A stretch of 64,000 nt of DNA, from the NCBI GenBank assembly GCA_044353005.1, contig JBILCS010000001.1, forward strand, positions 4,287 to 68,286, given 5' to 3'. Positions 20,393 to 30,564 of the stretch are shown one piece after another (within the stretch, counting starts at the first letter, position 1; each line of letters opens with the position of its first letter). This DNA comes from Sediminibacterium sp. GTDB lineage: Bacteria > Bacteroidota > Bacteroidia > Chitinophagales > Chitinophagaceae. A program made the position numbers and the translations under genes. The notes beneath the pieces were generated by a model. That model worked only from the letters and a program-made list of their open reading frames with translations. It did no database searches and was not told where the DNA came from.

Positions 20393-20393
20393 A

Positions 20394-20558
20394 AGTGGAA
20401 AATAATCCACAAGCTGACTGGCTTTATACACAATACTTAATTTCAAATTAAAAATTGTGCATGAGCTGGTGGATAAACCCGACTATTTTTTTCTAATTAA
20501 ATCTCGAATAGCCTCATCCCCTTCCAAATTGTTCATTTCTCTTAGTATTTGTGGATAA
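20394..20558. promoter_or_regulatory. Cluster of DnaA boxes
   Basis: AGTGGAAAA 20394, TAATCCACA 20403, TTATACACA 20424, TGTGCATGA 20456, GGTGGATAA 20468, TGTGGATAA 20550. Confidence 0.6.
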
Positions 20559-21190
20559 CGCCATGCAACTCTTTTTGTCATAGGACGCGCTGTGAATTTC
20601 TTGGGGTTAGGAAGCCCTGCAATAATCATTGCAGCTTCGGCACGTGTTAAATTTTTTGCTGATTTTTTAAAATAATATTGTGCGGCTGCTTCAACACCAA
20701 AACAACCAGGACCAGTTTCAATCACATTTAAATACATTTCTAAAATTCTTTTTTTACCCCAAACAAGTTCAATTAAAAAAGTAAAATAAAATTCAGGTAG
20801 TTTACGAATGTATTTATCATATTGACCGCCTTGCCATAAGAATACATTTTTAGCAACCTGTTGTGTAATGGTACTTGCGCCTCCTCCAAGTGGAATTCTA
20901 GATTTCTTTTTTTTCTTTTTTGTTTTGAAACTTCTTTCCATGGCCTCCCAGTCTACACCGATATGATCGGGGAAAGCCTGATCCTCACTAGCTATTGCCG
21001 CTAGTTTAATATTATAAGAAAGATCCTCCCAGGCAATATAGTCCCTCTTTAATCCTAAGCCAAATGCATTGGTGAACTGGGTAATGGTAATAGGTGGAAA
21101 TACAAAACGCAAAATAACTACATAGAGTAATGAACTAATAAACAAATACCAAATGATGCGCTTAATTTTTTTAATCAAAATGTAAATCAA
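20483..21190 (-). CDS. mtgA: Monofunctional biosynthetic peptidoglycan transglycosylase (start uncertain)
   Basis: EDQAFPDH, GASTITQQVAKN, KKRILEMYLN, LPNP. Confidence 0.92.
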   Translation of the reverse strand: MIYILIKKIKRIIWYLFISSLLYVVILRFVFPPITITQFTNAFGLGLKRDYIAWEDLSYNIKLAAIASEDQAFPDHIGVDWEAMERSFKTKKKKKKSRIPLGGGASTITQQVAKNVFLWQGGQYDKYIRKLPEFYFTFLIELVWGKKRILEMYLNVIETGPGCFGVEAAAQYYFKKSAKNLTRAEAAMIIAGLPNPKKFTARPMTKRVAWRYPQILREMNNLEGDEAIRDLIRKK

Positions 21191-21228
21191 TTATAGTGAA
21201 TGTAATTTCTGTTTTAATGAGTCTAAGC

Positions 21229-21786
21229 TTACAAAATTTCTACACTAAATCTTTTGCCAATTGGCCTGTAAGGTGGATTCTTTTTACTCATCCATCTTCC
21301 TATAAAATAAGCGCCCGCCCCGCCCGCAATAGCAGGTAAATTTTTTGAACTAAAGACGTTCTCTTTATTGATAATAGAATTAGTGATATTTAATCCACTA
21401 TATAGAACCCCTCCAAATTTTAAAAAGGTACCATTGGCAAAAACACTTTGGTATCGATTCTTATCTTTTGCAAACGCCCGAATCTCATTGATATGTAATG
21501 TGAGTGATCCTAATCTTAAAGTATCTTGTCCATAAGTGCCATAAGCAGTCATAACTGTTTGAAGCGCATATTGTTTAACCTGTATAGAGTCGTTTTTAAC
21601 CCACTGAATTTGTCCAGTTATCCACTGACGATTGCTAAATTCAAATTCAATGTAGTTGTCTTTTGTAAAAGACTTAATGGTGACGCCCCTATCTTTTAAA
21701 ATAAGCACGTTTCCAGATTGCGCTACCACTATATTAGCCAATGCTAATAGGCAGGTACAAAAAAACATAAGGGTTATTTTTTTCAC
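21229..21786 (-). CDS. Hypothetical exported protein
   Basis: 185-aa ORF with signal peptide and -7 promoter element directly upstream; family not recognised. Confidence 0.65.
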   Translation of the reverse strand: MKKITLMFFCTCLLALANIVVAQSGNVLILKDRGVTIKSFTKDNYIEFEFSNRQWITGQIQWVKNDSIQVKQYALQTVMTAYGTYGQDTLRLGSLTLHINEIRAFAKDKNRYQSVFANGTFLKFGGVLYSGLNITNSIINKENVFSSKNLPAIAGGAGAYFIGRWMSKKNPPYRPIGKRFSVEIL

Positions 21787-21861
21787 AAGTCCAAATTACA
21801 ATAAAGCCTACTAAAAAGAACCATATTGCCATAAATGTTTGTGAAAGAAGTAGGACTTGAC

Positions 21862-22512
21862 CTAATAAATCAAAATTGCACTATATAAAAGTGCCGCGCT
21901 AAAGATTAAAATGATCATCCCAGAAACACGATTGATCCAAAGAAGGCTTTTTTCAGTTAACCTTGGTCTTAATTTACCTGCTAAAAAAACCTTGACTAAA
22001 TCAGATAATAAAACAAATCCAAGACAGGTTCCAAAAACGATCAATTTATATTGAATTGGATTAGGTGCATCGTCCGCACTCGTATTAATGGCTGCTGTCC
22101 ATGCAAACCAAAATAAAAATACGCTAGGATTAAGTGTGTTCATTAAGAAACCAGAAAAATAAGAGGAGATCAGGTCTTTAATGCTGACCTTTTTATTGAC
22201 CCCGCCTGTGCCCATGTTTTCTAATTTCAATTTTTTAAAGAACAAAGTATATAAACCCATCAACAATAAAAATCCAGCACCCGCTAAAGCAATCGTTGAT
22301 TTATGGTTGAGTACAAGATTAAATAAAGAAGTAAAAAAATTGCAAATAAAAAGCAAAACAAAATCACTGCTCGAAACCCCTGCTACAAATGCATAGCCAG
22401 AGCGCTTGCCATTGGTAAGACTTTGTTTGATAATTGCGAAAATAACAGGTCCAATGGAAATACTTAAAATAAAACCCAATAGCAAACCTTTTAAAATTGG
22501 GTTAACTAACAT
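21862..22512 (-). CDS. LysE family translocator
   Basis: SIGPVIF, GVSSSD, NTLNPSVFLFW; hydrophobic. Confidence 0.88.
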   Translation of the reverse strand: MLVNPILKGLLLGFILSISIGPVIFAIIKQSLTNGKRSGYAFVAGVSSSDFVLLFICNFFTSLFNLVLNHKSTIALAGAGFLLLMGLYTLFFKKLKLENMGTGGVNKKVSIKDLISSYFSGFLMNTLNPSVFLFWFAWTAAINTSADDAPNPIQYKLIVFGTCLGFVLLSDLVKVFLAGKLRPRLTEKSLLWINRVSGMIILIFSAALLYSAILIY

Positions 22513-24035
22513 TGTCCTTGATTTTTAATATATAGCTTCCAGTCTGCAAGCATATCACCTTTCAATACTCTTGGAAACTTATGCTGTCCACCAATTTTGC
22601 CCTTGCTTTCCATGAATCCCATAAAACAATTTTCTTTGAGCACAGATACTTTAATAGACTTAAGTGCACTTTTTCGCTCAATTGCATAATCATCGTTGAG
22701 TTGAATTAACTTTTCATCTATTTTTTCTGCTAATAAAATTTCGTTAATAGTTTGATCACAAGCTACATACCAATGGTGTGCAAAAAAGTTTCCATCAGGC
22801 TCACCTGTAACCGTATATTCGGGAATAGACAAATTCAATTCCTCGCTCACTAACTGAATGGCTTTATTCATATTGTCCACACTCAAATGCTCACCCACCA
22901 AACTTAAAAAATGTTTTGTCCTCCCTGTGATAATAATTTCTGCATTGGCTTTATGTACAAAACGAACTGTGTCTCCAATTAAATAACGCCATGCACCGGC
23001 AGGTGTACTAATCAAAACCGCATAATCTCTGCCTTCTTCCACTTCGTGAATCATTAAGGTTTCTGGATCATCCACCATTTCTCCATTTTCATCAAAGTTT
23101 GTTTCGTCAAAAGGAACGAATTCAAAAAAGATATGTTGGTTATAGGTTAAGCGCATTCCTACCGCATTTTGCTTATCCTGCCATGCTAAAAATCCTTCGC
23201 TTGCTAAATAGGTTTCAACATATTCAATCGGTTTTCCTAATAACTTTTCAAAACCATGTTTATAGGGCTCAAAACTCACTCCACCGTGTACGAATAAAGT
23301 TAGATTAGGCCATATTTCGTGGATGTTGTTAAGTTTGTAGCGCTCTATCACCATCTCTAAACACATTTGTATCCAGGCAGGGACGCCTACTACAAAACTA
23401 ATATCCCATTCAGGGGCTTTCTCTACAATCTCTTTTAATTTTTTATTCCAATCGCGCTCTTTCGCAATTTTTTTACCAGGCTTGTAAAAAGGTTGAAACC
23501 AAAAAGGAGATTTTTTTGCAGTGATCCCACTCAAGTCCCCTGCATAATAACCCGCACCTTTTTGTAAATCGGTACTACCACCTAAGGTAAGCCAACCACG
23601 TCCCATCGCAGACAAGGGTATTTCACGATATTTAAACAAGCTAATCAATTGCTTAATCATGACGATCTTGTTGCCTCTCAATAAGTCGTTTGTAATGGGA
23701 ATATACTTACTTGCAGCTTCACTCGTACCGCTGCTTAAAGCAAAATAGTTGATCTTTCCTGGCCAACAAATATCGGGCTGGCCCTCAAGCGTTAAATGCC
23801 ACCATTCTTTATAGATCTTATTGTAATTATAAGTTGGTACTATTTCTTGGAACTTTTTCCCAATATGTTTACTACCCAATATTTCGTCGAATTTATTTTT
23901 TTGGCCAAAAGCTGTGTAACGTGCTCTTTTAAGTAATTTTTTTAAAACACGCATTTGTGCGGTTCTTGGGCTTTTTGTTGGAAGACCAAGTGCTTTAGAA
24001 AGGCTTTTTGGTAAATTAAATTCAAATATGGCCAT
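22506..24035 (-). CDS. GH3 family (acyl-acid amido synthetase-like) protein, copy 1
   Basis: SSGTS P-loop, YLASEG, WRYLIGD, GRTK, GGQHKFPR. Confidence 0.9.
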   Translation of the reverse strand: MAIFEFNLPKSLSKALGLPTKSPRTAQMRVLKKLLKRARYTAFGQKNKFDEILGSKHIGKKFQEIVPTYNYNKIYKEWWHLTLEGQPDICWPGKINYFALSSGTSEAASKYIPITNDLLRGNKIVMIKQLISLFKYREIPLSAMGRGWLTLGGSTDLQKGAGYYAGDLSGITAKKSPFWFQPFYKPGKKIAKERDWNKKLKEIVEKAPEWDISFVVGVPAWIQMCLEMVIERYKLNNIHEIWPNLTLFVHGGVSFEPYKHGFEKLLGKPIEYVETYLASEGFLAWQDKQNAVGMRLTYNQHIFFEFVPFDETNFDENGEMVDDPETLMIHEVEEGRDYAVLISTPAGAWRYLIGDTVRFVHKANAEIIITGRTKHFLSLVGEHLSVDNMNKAIQLVSEELNLSIPEYTVTGEPDGNFFAHHWYVACDQTINEILLAEKIDEKLIQLNDDYAIERKSALKSIKVSVLKENCFMGFMESKGKIGGQHKFPRVLKGDMLADWKLYIKNQGQC

Positions 24036-24115
24036 CTATAAAATAGGGTTTTACTTTTACGAAATAGACTCAAAAATACGAATGTTATTCGAGCAAACGA
24101 ACCTACTTTTGTATC

Positions 24116-24892
24116 ATGATTAAAAATACGCTAATTCAGGCTGTAGAACTCGGAGCAAAAGAGTTGACTCGTTTTTTTAACGGTACGTTTACAATTGCTA
24201 GCAAATCTTCTATAAATGACCTTGTCACCGAGGCAGATCATGCTTCAGAAAAAGCCATTATTGGCTTAATTCAATCCCAATTTCCAGATCATTTTATACT
24301 TAGTGAGGAAACTGGTGAGATGGCTTCCCTATCTGATACAAAATGGATCATAGACCCCATTGACGGCACTATTAATTTTGCGAATGGCATACCAATTTGT
24401 TGTGTAAGTATTGGTGTTGAGCACAAGGGCGAAATGATTTTAGGTTCTGTGTATAATCCATTCATGAATGAATTATATTTTGCAGAAAAAGGGCAAGGCG
24501 CCACTTTGAACGGTAGACCAATTAAGGTGAGCAATAAAGATTCCATTTTACACAGCTGCTTGGTGACAGGATTTCCTTATCAATATTTAGATAGTGAAAA
24601 CGGGCCTTTACAAGTTTTTGAAAAACTAGTACGAAAAGCGATACCGGTTCGTCGACTAGGAAGTGCAGCATTAGATTTATGCTGGACCGCTGCTGGAAGA
24701 TTTGATGGTTTTTATGAACACAAACTTCAAGCATGGGATAGTGCTGCAGGATTTTTAATGGTAGAAGAAGCAGGAGGAAAAGTAACAGACCTAATGGGTA
24801 ACGCATATAATCCATACCAGCCGGGCATCATAGCAACAAATGGTTTTATTCATGACCAATTATTATCCGTGGTGAATGGGGGTAATTTATAG
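24116..24892 (+). CDS. suhB: Inositol monophosphatase family protein (SuhB)
   Basis: EE...WIIDPIDGTINF, RRLGSAALD, WDSAAG. Confidence 0.9.
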   Translation: MIKNTLIQAVELGAKELTRFFNGTFTIASKSSINDLVTEADHASEKAIIGLIQSQFPDHFILSEETGEMASLSDTKWIIDPIDGTINFANGIPICCVSIGVEHKGEMILGSVYNPFMNELYFAEKGQGATLNGRPIKVSNKDSILHSCLVTGFPYQYLDSENGPLQVFEKLVRKAIPVRRLGSAALDLCWTAAGRFDGFYEHKLQAWDSAAGFLMVEEAGGKVTDLMGNAYNPYQPGIIATNGFIHDQLLSVVNGGNL

Positions 24893-24943
24893 AGGCGTAA
24901 AGCCTAAAATATAAACGAGTAAAAAAAGTAACAGCAATATTTT

Positions 24944-25984
24944 ATGTCAACAGAAAGAACAGAGATAGAAAAATTAGGTGAGTTTGGATTGATAGATCGA
25001 TTAACACAAAATTTTGAAACACTCAATGCGTCCACACTATTGTCAATAGGGGACGACGCAGCAGTGATAGATCATTTTGGAAAACAAACGGTGATCACCA
25101 CCGACTTACTAATAGAAGGCGTGCATTTTGATTTAATGTATACACCATTAAAACATCTTGGATATAAATCGGTGGTGGTGAACCTAAGCGATATTTATGC
25201 AATGAATGCGCAACCCACACAAATCACGATGAGCGTAGCTTTCAGCAATCGATTTAGTTTAGAAGCCCTAGAAGAATTTTACGAAGGCGTAGCCATTGCA
25301 TGTGAAAAATATGGGGTGGATTTAATAGGAGGAGATACCTCCACTTCTCAAAAAGGACTCATCATTTCTGTAACCGCCTTGGGAGAAGTTACACCAGATC
25401 AATACATTAAAAGAAGCACCGCTGAGTCGGGCGATTTAATTTGTGTATCAGGAGATTTGGGGGCGGCATTTTTAGGATTAACATTGATGGAACGCGAAAA
25501 ACAAATCTTTTTAGAAAACCCAGAGATACAACCTAATTTAGAAAACGAAGATTATATCGTAGGAAGATTGTTAAAACCAGAAGCAAGAAAAGACATTATT
25601 GAATTGCTTGAAAAACTAGAGATCAAACCAACATCCATGATGGATATCAGCGATGGCTTGAGTTCTGACGTATTGCACTTGTGTAAACAATCTGAATTGG
25701 GCTGCAGAATCTATGAAGAAAAAATTCCGATCAACGAAGCAAGTAAGGCTGCCGCTTTTAAGTTTGGATTAGACGCAACTGTTTGTGCGTTGAATGGAGG
25801 TGAAGATTATGAATTGTTATTTACTATGAAGCAAGCAGACTATGATAAAATGACGATGCAAGAAGAGATCAGCGTGATTGGATATATGTGTGATGCATCA
25901 GAGGGCACCAAATTGATTACTAAAGGAAATAATTTATTTGATATTACTGCACAGGGCTGGAACGCTTTTGGAAAAGAGGTTTAA
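24944..25984 (+). CDS. thiL: Thiamine-monophosphate kinase
   Basis: GEFGLI, IGDDAA, NLSDIYAM, MDISDGL, GGEDYELLF. Confidence 0.95.
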   Translation: MSTERTEIEKLGEFGLIDRLTQNFETLNASTLLSIGDDAAVIDHFGKQTVITTDLLIEGVHFDLMYTPLKHLGYKSVVVNLSDIYAMNAQPTQITMSVAFSNRFSLEALEEFYEGVAIACEKYGVDLIGGDTSTSQKGLIISVTALGEVTPDQYIKRSTAESGDLICVSGDLGAAFLGLTLMEREKQIFLENPEIQPNLENEDYIVGRLLKPEARKDIIELLEKLEIKPTSMMDISDGLSSDVLHLCKQSELGCRIYEEKIPINEASKAAAFKFGLDATVCALNGGEDYELLFTMKQADYDKMTMQEEISVIGYMCDASEGTKLITKGNNLFDITAQGWNAFGKEV

Positions 25985-27066
25985 TGATTGATCACCTTAT
26001 TTAGAATGGCCAATTCTGCTGATAAACAAAGTAGATTGGCCTTTTTATTTATTTCTATTGTACCATTTATATTTTTATGTTGCATCAGTTTAGCTGGATA
26101 TACACTACACATTTTGATTGCTTCATCAAGTGGTATGCCCACATGTTCCACTAAGTTTTGAATTGATTTTAGTTGTGTTAATGCTGAGCCACTAAGGGTT
26201 CCAGCTGATTCGTATTTGTCACCAACTAGTGTATGTTGATACAATCCAGTGCTGGTTGCTGTTACCGCGTCAGTAATACAAAACAATCGATCACCCATTA
26301 TTTTTTTAGCAACACGTATTGCAGCATAATCTACATGATAACCATCTGGAACGATACTACTCATGGCGGTTGGATGATTGAACAATGCGCCAACAACACC
26401 TGGTGCACGATGTTGAAATGCACTCATCGCATTGAAAAGATGTGTTGCAACAGGAATGCCATCATTAAAAAACTGCATCGCAGTTTCGTAAGATGCATTG
26501 GTATGACCAGCTGAAACAACAATGCCCGCAGCCTGAATGGTTTTAATAATTGCTGGCGTACATACTTCAGGCGCAAGTGTAATCATGCTAATCACATCTT
26601 TTCCATAGGCTAAAACAGAAACCACTTCTTCTATATCAGGCACATGAATCACCGATACATCATGCGCGCCTTTTTTGCTTGTATGAATCCAAGGGCCCTC
26701 TATGTGCAATCCGATACAACCCTTTCCACCAAATGCTTTATAAGCTTTTACAGCATCAATGGATGCATAAATGACGTCCATGCTTTGGGATGCAATGGTC
26801 GGTTGAAAAAAACCTGTGCCACTTTCGATGCAGTATTGATAAATTTTTTCGATCGTCTCTTTTTCAGGAAACTCAGATAATAATTTTCCATCAGCACCAT
26901 ATAATTGTAAATCAATTAGTGCAGGAATAATAAAAGGCATTGCGCTGTTGGCATCAAATCCTTTTTGATCTATTCCAACCACCAGATCGCTTTCAATATG
27001 TATGACTACATCATTCAACCATTTGGAACCCGTGAACAATGCCTTTGCTGAGTAATCTAAAGTCAT
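25981..27066 (-). CDS. nagA: N-acetylglucosamine-6-phosphate deacetylase
   Basis: HIEGP, KGAH, TLAPE, GHT, THLFNAM, ITDA, LSGS. Confidence 0.92.
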   Translation of the reverse strand: MTLDYSAKALFTGSKWLNDVVIHIESDLVVGIDQKGFDANSAMPFIIPALIDLQLYGADGKLLSEFPEKETIEKIYQYCIESGTGFFQPTIASQSMDVIYASIDAVKAYKAFGGKGCIGLHIEGPWIHTSKKGAHDVSVIHVPDIEEVVSVLAYGKDVISMITLAPEVCTPAIIKTIQAAGIVVSAGHTNASYETAMQFFNDGIPVATHLFNAMSAFQHRAPGVVGALFNHPTAMSSIVPDGYHVDYAAIRVAKKIMGDRLFCITDAVTATSTGLYQHTLVGDKYESAGTLSGSALTQLKSIQNLVEHVGIPLDEAIKMCSVYPAKLMQHKNINGTIEINKKANLLCLSAELAILNKVINH

Positions 27067-27172
27067 AAAAAAATATGGTTAAAGCTTTACGCAGACAGGA
27101 TTTGAGTAAGGCTATTTTTTGTTCTAAAAATGCTATGTAAATATAATGCAATTTTATGGATAGGCTTTTTAC

Positions 27173-27646
27173 CTAGGGCTTATAAAGCTTTTGCACAATG
27201 GGCTGGTATAATATTGGCTCAAATCCACGCTGGTGTAAGAATGCATATGTTTTAGCCATGCGGCTTAGGCCTCGTTCTCCCTTTAAGCTATTCCATTTTT
27301 TAGTTGCAAGCTGTTCTAAGGTTTTGAGATAGGCATCCCCATCAATGGCTTTTAATCCAATCTTGATATTGTAGCTACTGACCCTTTTTTGTTGTAATGC
27401 GTGTAGAATTTTAAGCTTACCCCATCCCTTAATTCTAAAATGCCCCCCTGCAAATTGAACAGCAAATCGCTCTTCGTTTAAAAAATTTTCGGCAATCAGA
27501 TCCGACATAATTTCTTCCACTTTGTCTTTGGTCATACCCAGTTCGTATAGCTTATCCCTGACCTCTTGTTGGGCCCTTTCTTGGTAGGCACAATAGTGCC
27601 GTATCCTTTGTATAGCTTGCTCCTTACCAATTCGAACTTTCTTCAT
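27173..27646 (-). CDS. recX: Regulatory protein RecX
   Basis: YCAYQER, FLNEERFA, WGKLKI, RGFE. Confidence 0.92.
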   Translation of the reverse strand: MKKVRIGKEQAIQRIRHYCAYQERAQQEVRDKLYELGMTKDKVEEIMSDLIAENFLNEERFAVQFAGGHFRIKGWGKLKILHALQQKRVSSYNIKIGLKAIDGDAYLKTLEQLATKKWNSLKGERGLSRMAKTYAFLHQRGFEPILYQPIVQKLYKP

Positions 27647-27756
27647 AATGTCAATAAGAATTGCTAAAATAGCTTTTTAATCTTAAGATTTTGCTTTAGT
27701 TTCGTTCTAGTTATTCAAGGGGAAACAGCTACCCTAAAAAATCAAAAATTGAACGC

Positions 27757-28872
27757 ATGAAGTTTATTGCATCTTCTTCTTCTTTATTAAAACACCTCCA
27801 ACAAATTGCTGGTGTCATTAATACCAATACTGTATTGCCTATCTTGGAAGATTTTTTATTCGAAATAGAAGATAAAAAATTAAACATTGTAGCAACCGAT
27901 TTAGAAACAGTCATGCGCGTACAAATGGAAGTAGAGAGTAAGGTGAACGGACGCGTTTGTATTCCTGCAAAAATTTTAATTGATTCTTTAAAAAATATTG
28001 CAGACCAACCACTTACTTTTAATATTGATAAGAACTATGCAGTAGAAATTACAAGCGATAATGGAAAGTATAAAGTGATGGGTGAAAATCCGGACAACTT
28101 TCCAAAAGAGCCTACAGCAGACGATACAACAGGCTTTAACATGACTAGCGGTGGTTTGTTAACAGCTATTAATAAAACATTATTTGCTGTGAGCGGTGAC
28201 GATTTGCGTCCTGCTATGACAGGCGTATTCTTTGAACTAACAAAGGAGAGCGTTCAATTTGTAGCCACAGATGCACACCGTTTGGTGCGCTATAAAAGAA
28301 CAGATGTGAAAGCGACTCAAAACGCTTCTTTCATCGTACCTAAAAAGCCACTTAATTTATTAAAGAACGCTTTACCAGATAATGATGATGCGATCACGGT
28401 TAGCTTTAACAACAACCACTTATTTGTAGCGCACGGGTCTACACAATTAATTTGTCGATTGATTGATGCAAGATTCCCAGACTATAAAGTGGTGATTCCG
28501 GCGGACAATCCTTATCGTTTAACAGTGAATAAGCATGATTTTCAAAATGCATTGCGCCGCGTGAATGTATTTAGTAATAAAAGTACTAATCAAGTAGCTT
28601 TAAATATTACAGGAAGTGAATTACAGATGGCTGCGCAGGATATTGATTTTAGTTTTGAGGGTAACGAGCGCATGAGTTGTGAATACCAAGGAGAAGATAT
28701 TCAAATAGCTTTCAACGCGAAGTTTTTGATCGAGATGTTGAATGCAGCAGATACGGACGAGGTCTTTATTGAATTGTCTACGCCAAGTAAGGCAGGTTTA
28801 ATCAAACCTTCAGAACAAGCTCCAGGAGAGGACTTGTTGATGTTGGTGATGCCATTAATGTTAAATAGTTAA
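27757..28872 (+). CDS. dnaN: DNA polymerase III beta sliding clamp
   Basis: ATDLE, ATDAHRL, RLIDARFPDY, LVMPL. Confidence 0.98.
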   Translation: MKFIASSSSLLKHLQQIAGVINTNTVLPILEDFLFEIEDKKLNIVATDLETVMRVQMEVESKVNGRVCIPAKILIDSLKNIADQPLTFNIDKNYAVEITSDNGKYKVMGENPDNFPKEPTADDTTGFNMTSGGLLTAINKTLFAVSGDDLRPAMTGVFFELTKESVQFVATDAHRLVRYKRTDVKATQNASFIVPKKPLNLLKNALPDNDDAITVSFNNNHLFVAHGSTQLICRLIDARFPDYKVVIPADNPYRLTVNKHDFQNALRRVNVFSNKSTNQVALNITGSELQMAAQDIDFSFEGNERMSCEYQGEDIQIAFNAKFLIEMLNAADTDEVFIELSTPSKAGLIKPSEQAPGEDLLMLVMPLMLNS

Positions 28873-28911
28873 TCCCTATCCTATACGAAGTCTTTAACAA
28901 GACTTAAGAAG

Positions 28912-28948
28912 AACCCGGTGTATCTGACAGCAGAACATCGGGTTTTTT
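28912..28948 (+). terminator. dnaN terminator
   Basis: AACCCGGTGT...ACATCGGGTT stem with inner TCTG/CAGA pairing, followed by a T-run. Confidence 0.7.
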
Positions 28949-28977
28949 ATTTACATTTATGCATAAAACAAATTGCT

Positions 28978-29799
28978 ATGTTAGAGGCGATAAAAACCTA
29001 TTTTGAAACCATTCCAAGTTTGCATCGTGCATTGTTATTGGCTGGTGGTATTACTTCTTTTTGGTTAGTAGAATTTGCAGTACCCCTTTTTAATTTTAAG
29101 TACAATAAGTTAAAACATGCGGGGCTTAATTTCTTTTTTACTTTTACCACTATTGCGATCAATTTTGCATTTGCATTAATGATGGTAAAAGTAAGTGACT
29201 GGACGGTGCAACAAAATTTTGGATTATTACAGATTGTTCAATTGTCCCCATGGGTTGAAGCGATTGCAGGTTTATTGCTATTGGATTTTATTGGCGCTTA
29301 CTTGGTACATCTGATTGAACATAAAGTAAAATTTTTATGGAAGTTTCATATGGTGCACCATGCAGATACGATGGTGGATACCACTACAGGAAATAGACAT
29401 CACCCAGGAGAGTCAGTGGTGAGAGCTGTTTTCGCTATTCTTGCAGTTTTTATTTTAGGTACACCCATCTGGATGGTCATGTTGTATCAAAGTTTAAGTG
29501 TGGTGCTTACACAGTTCAATCATGCGAATATTCGTATTCCAACATGGTTTGATAAAACCTTTGGTTATATTATTGTATCTCCAAATATGCATAGAGTACA
29601 CCACCATATTACGCGTCCTCAAACGGATAGCAACTATGGCAATATTTTTTCTTTCTGGGATCGTATTTTTGGAACCTATAACGATACGCCGATGGATCAG
29701 ATTGTATATGGCTTAGATGTGATGGATCATACACAAGACGGTTCGCTGTCTTATCAATTAAAAGCGCCATTTAATAAATCTATAAAATCAGATTATTAA
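28978..29799 (+). CDS. Sterol desaturase / fatty acid hydroxylase family protein
   Basis: His boxes HLIEH, HMVHH, HAN, HRVHH and NYG; start moved to ATG 28978. Confidence 0.9.
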   Translation: MLEAIKTYFETIPSLHRALLLAGGITSFWLVEFAVPLFNFKYNKLKHAGLNFFFTFTTIAINFAFALMMVKVSDWTVQQNFGLLQIVQLSPWVEAIAGLLLLDFIGAYLVHLIEHKVKFLWKFHMVHHADTMVDTTTGNRHHPGESVVRAVFAILAVFILGTPIWMVMLYQSLSVVLTQFNHANIRIPTWFDKTFGYIIVSPNMHRVHHHITRPQTDSNYGNIFSFWDRIFGTYNDTPMDQIVYGLDVMDHTQDGSLSYQLKAPFNKSIKSDY

Positions 29800-29837
29800 T
29801 TAATCGCTTTACAAATTCGTATAAATTAAAATTATCC

Positions 29838-30560
29838 ATGATTAAAGTTGGCGCATTTATACCAGCCAGGTACGCAGCTACAAGGTTTCCAGCAAAGTTG
29901 ATGCAGATGCTTGGTGACAAATCTGTGATTCGGCATACCTATGATAACACAAAGGCAACAGGTTTGTTCGACGAAGTGTATGTAGTGACTGACAGTGAAA
30001 TTATTTTTAATGAAATAGTTGATAACGGCGGGAAGGCCATTATGAGTCAAAAGGCACACGAAAGCGGGTCCGATAGAATTGCTGAAGCTATAGAAAATAT
30101 AGATATAGATATTGTGGTCAACGTGCAAGGGGATGAACCCTTTGTGAAGCGTGCACCATTGGAACAAGTACTTGCCTGTTTTGAGGATGCAAATGTGCAA
30201 GTTGCTTCTCTTATGCAGGTATTATCCAACCCAGCATCCATCGAAGATCCTAACTATGTTAAAGTAGCGGTTGATAAAAATTGGAATGCCTTGTTTTTTT
30301 CACGCAGTGTCATTCCTTATCCAAGGTCAACAGATACGGTCATTACTTATTATGAACATGTAGGTGTCTATGCGTTTAAAAAACAAGCTTTAATTGATTT
30401 CACCAACTGGCCGGTGTCTCCATTAGAATCCGCAGAAAAAATTGAGTGTTTACGTTATTTAGAAAATGGCGTAAACATTAAAATGGCTGTCACTCATTAT
30501 ATGGGTGTAGAAATAGATACCCCCGAAGATTTAATCAAAGCGGCTGAACTTTTAAAATAA
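29838..30560 (+). CDS. kdsB: CMP-Kdo synthetase
   Basis: IPARYAATRFPAK, SGSDRI, NVQGDEP, EIDTPEDL. Confidence 0.95.
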   Translation: MIKVGAFIPARYAATRFPAKLMQMLGDKSVIRHTYDNTKATGLFDEVYVVTDSEIIFNEIVDNGGKAIMSQKAHESGSDRIAEAIENIDIDIVVNVQGDEPFVKRAPLEQVLACFEDANVQVASLMQVLSNPASIEDPNYVKVAVDKNWNALFFSRSVIPYPRSTDTVITYYEHVGVYAFKKQALIDFTNWPVSPLESAEKIECLRYLENGVNIKMAVTHYMGVEIDTPEDLIKAAELLK

Positions 30561-30564
30561 TCAC

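Noticed and set aside
20902-20927. A-rich poly-Lys tract in mtgA (and the A-run in mgsA near 14447) as phase-variation or frameshift sites
   Set aside because: Reading frames are intact, and such runs are expected in an AT-rich genome
24088-24101. TTCGAGCAAACGAA mini-hairpin resembling the core of the 7.2-7.4 kb elements
   Set aside because: Only 10 nt identical, no long flanking stem or GAGAGAC; sits in the suhB promoter spacer, so probably chance
27757-28872. dnaN not adjacent to dnaA
   Set aside because: A dispersed dnaA-dnaN-recF-gyrB cluster is normal in Bacteroidota
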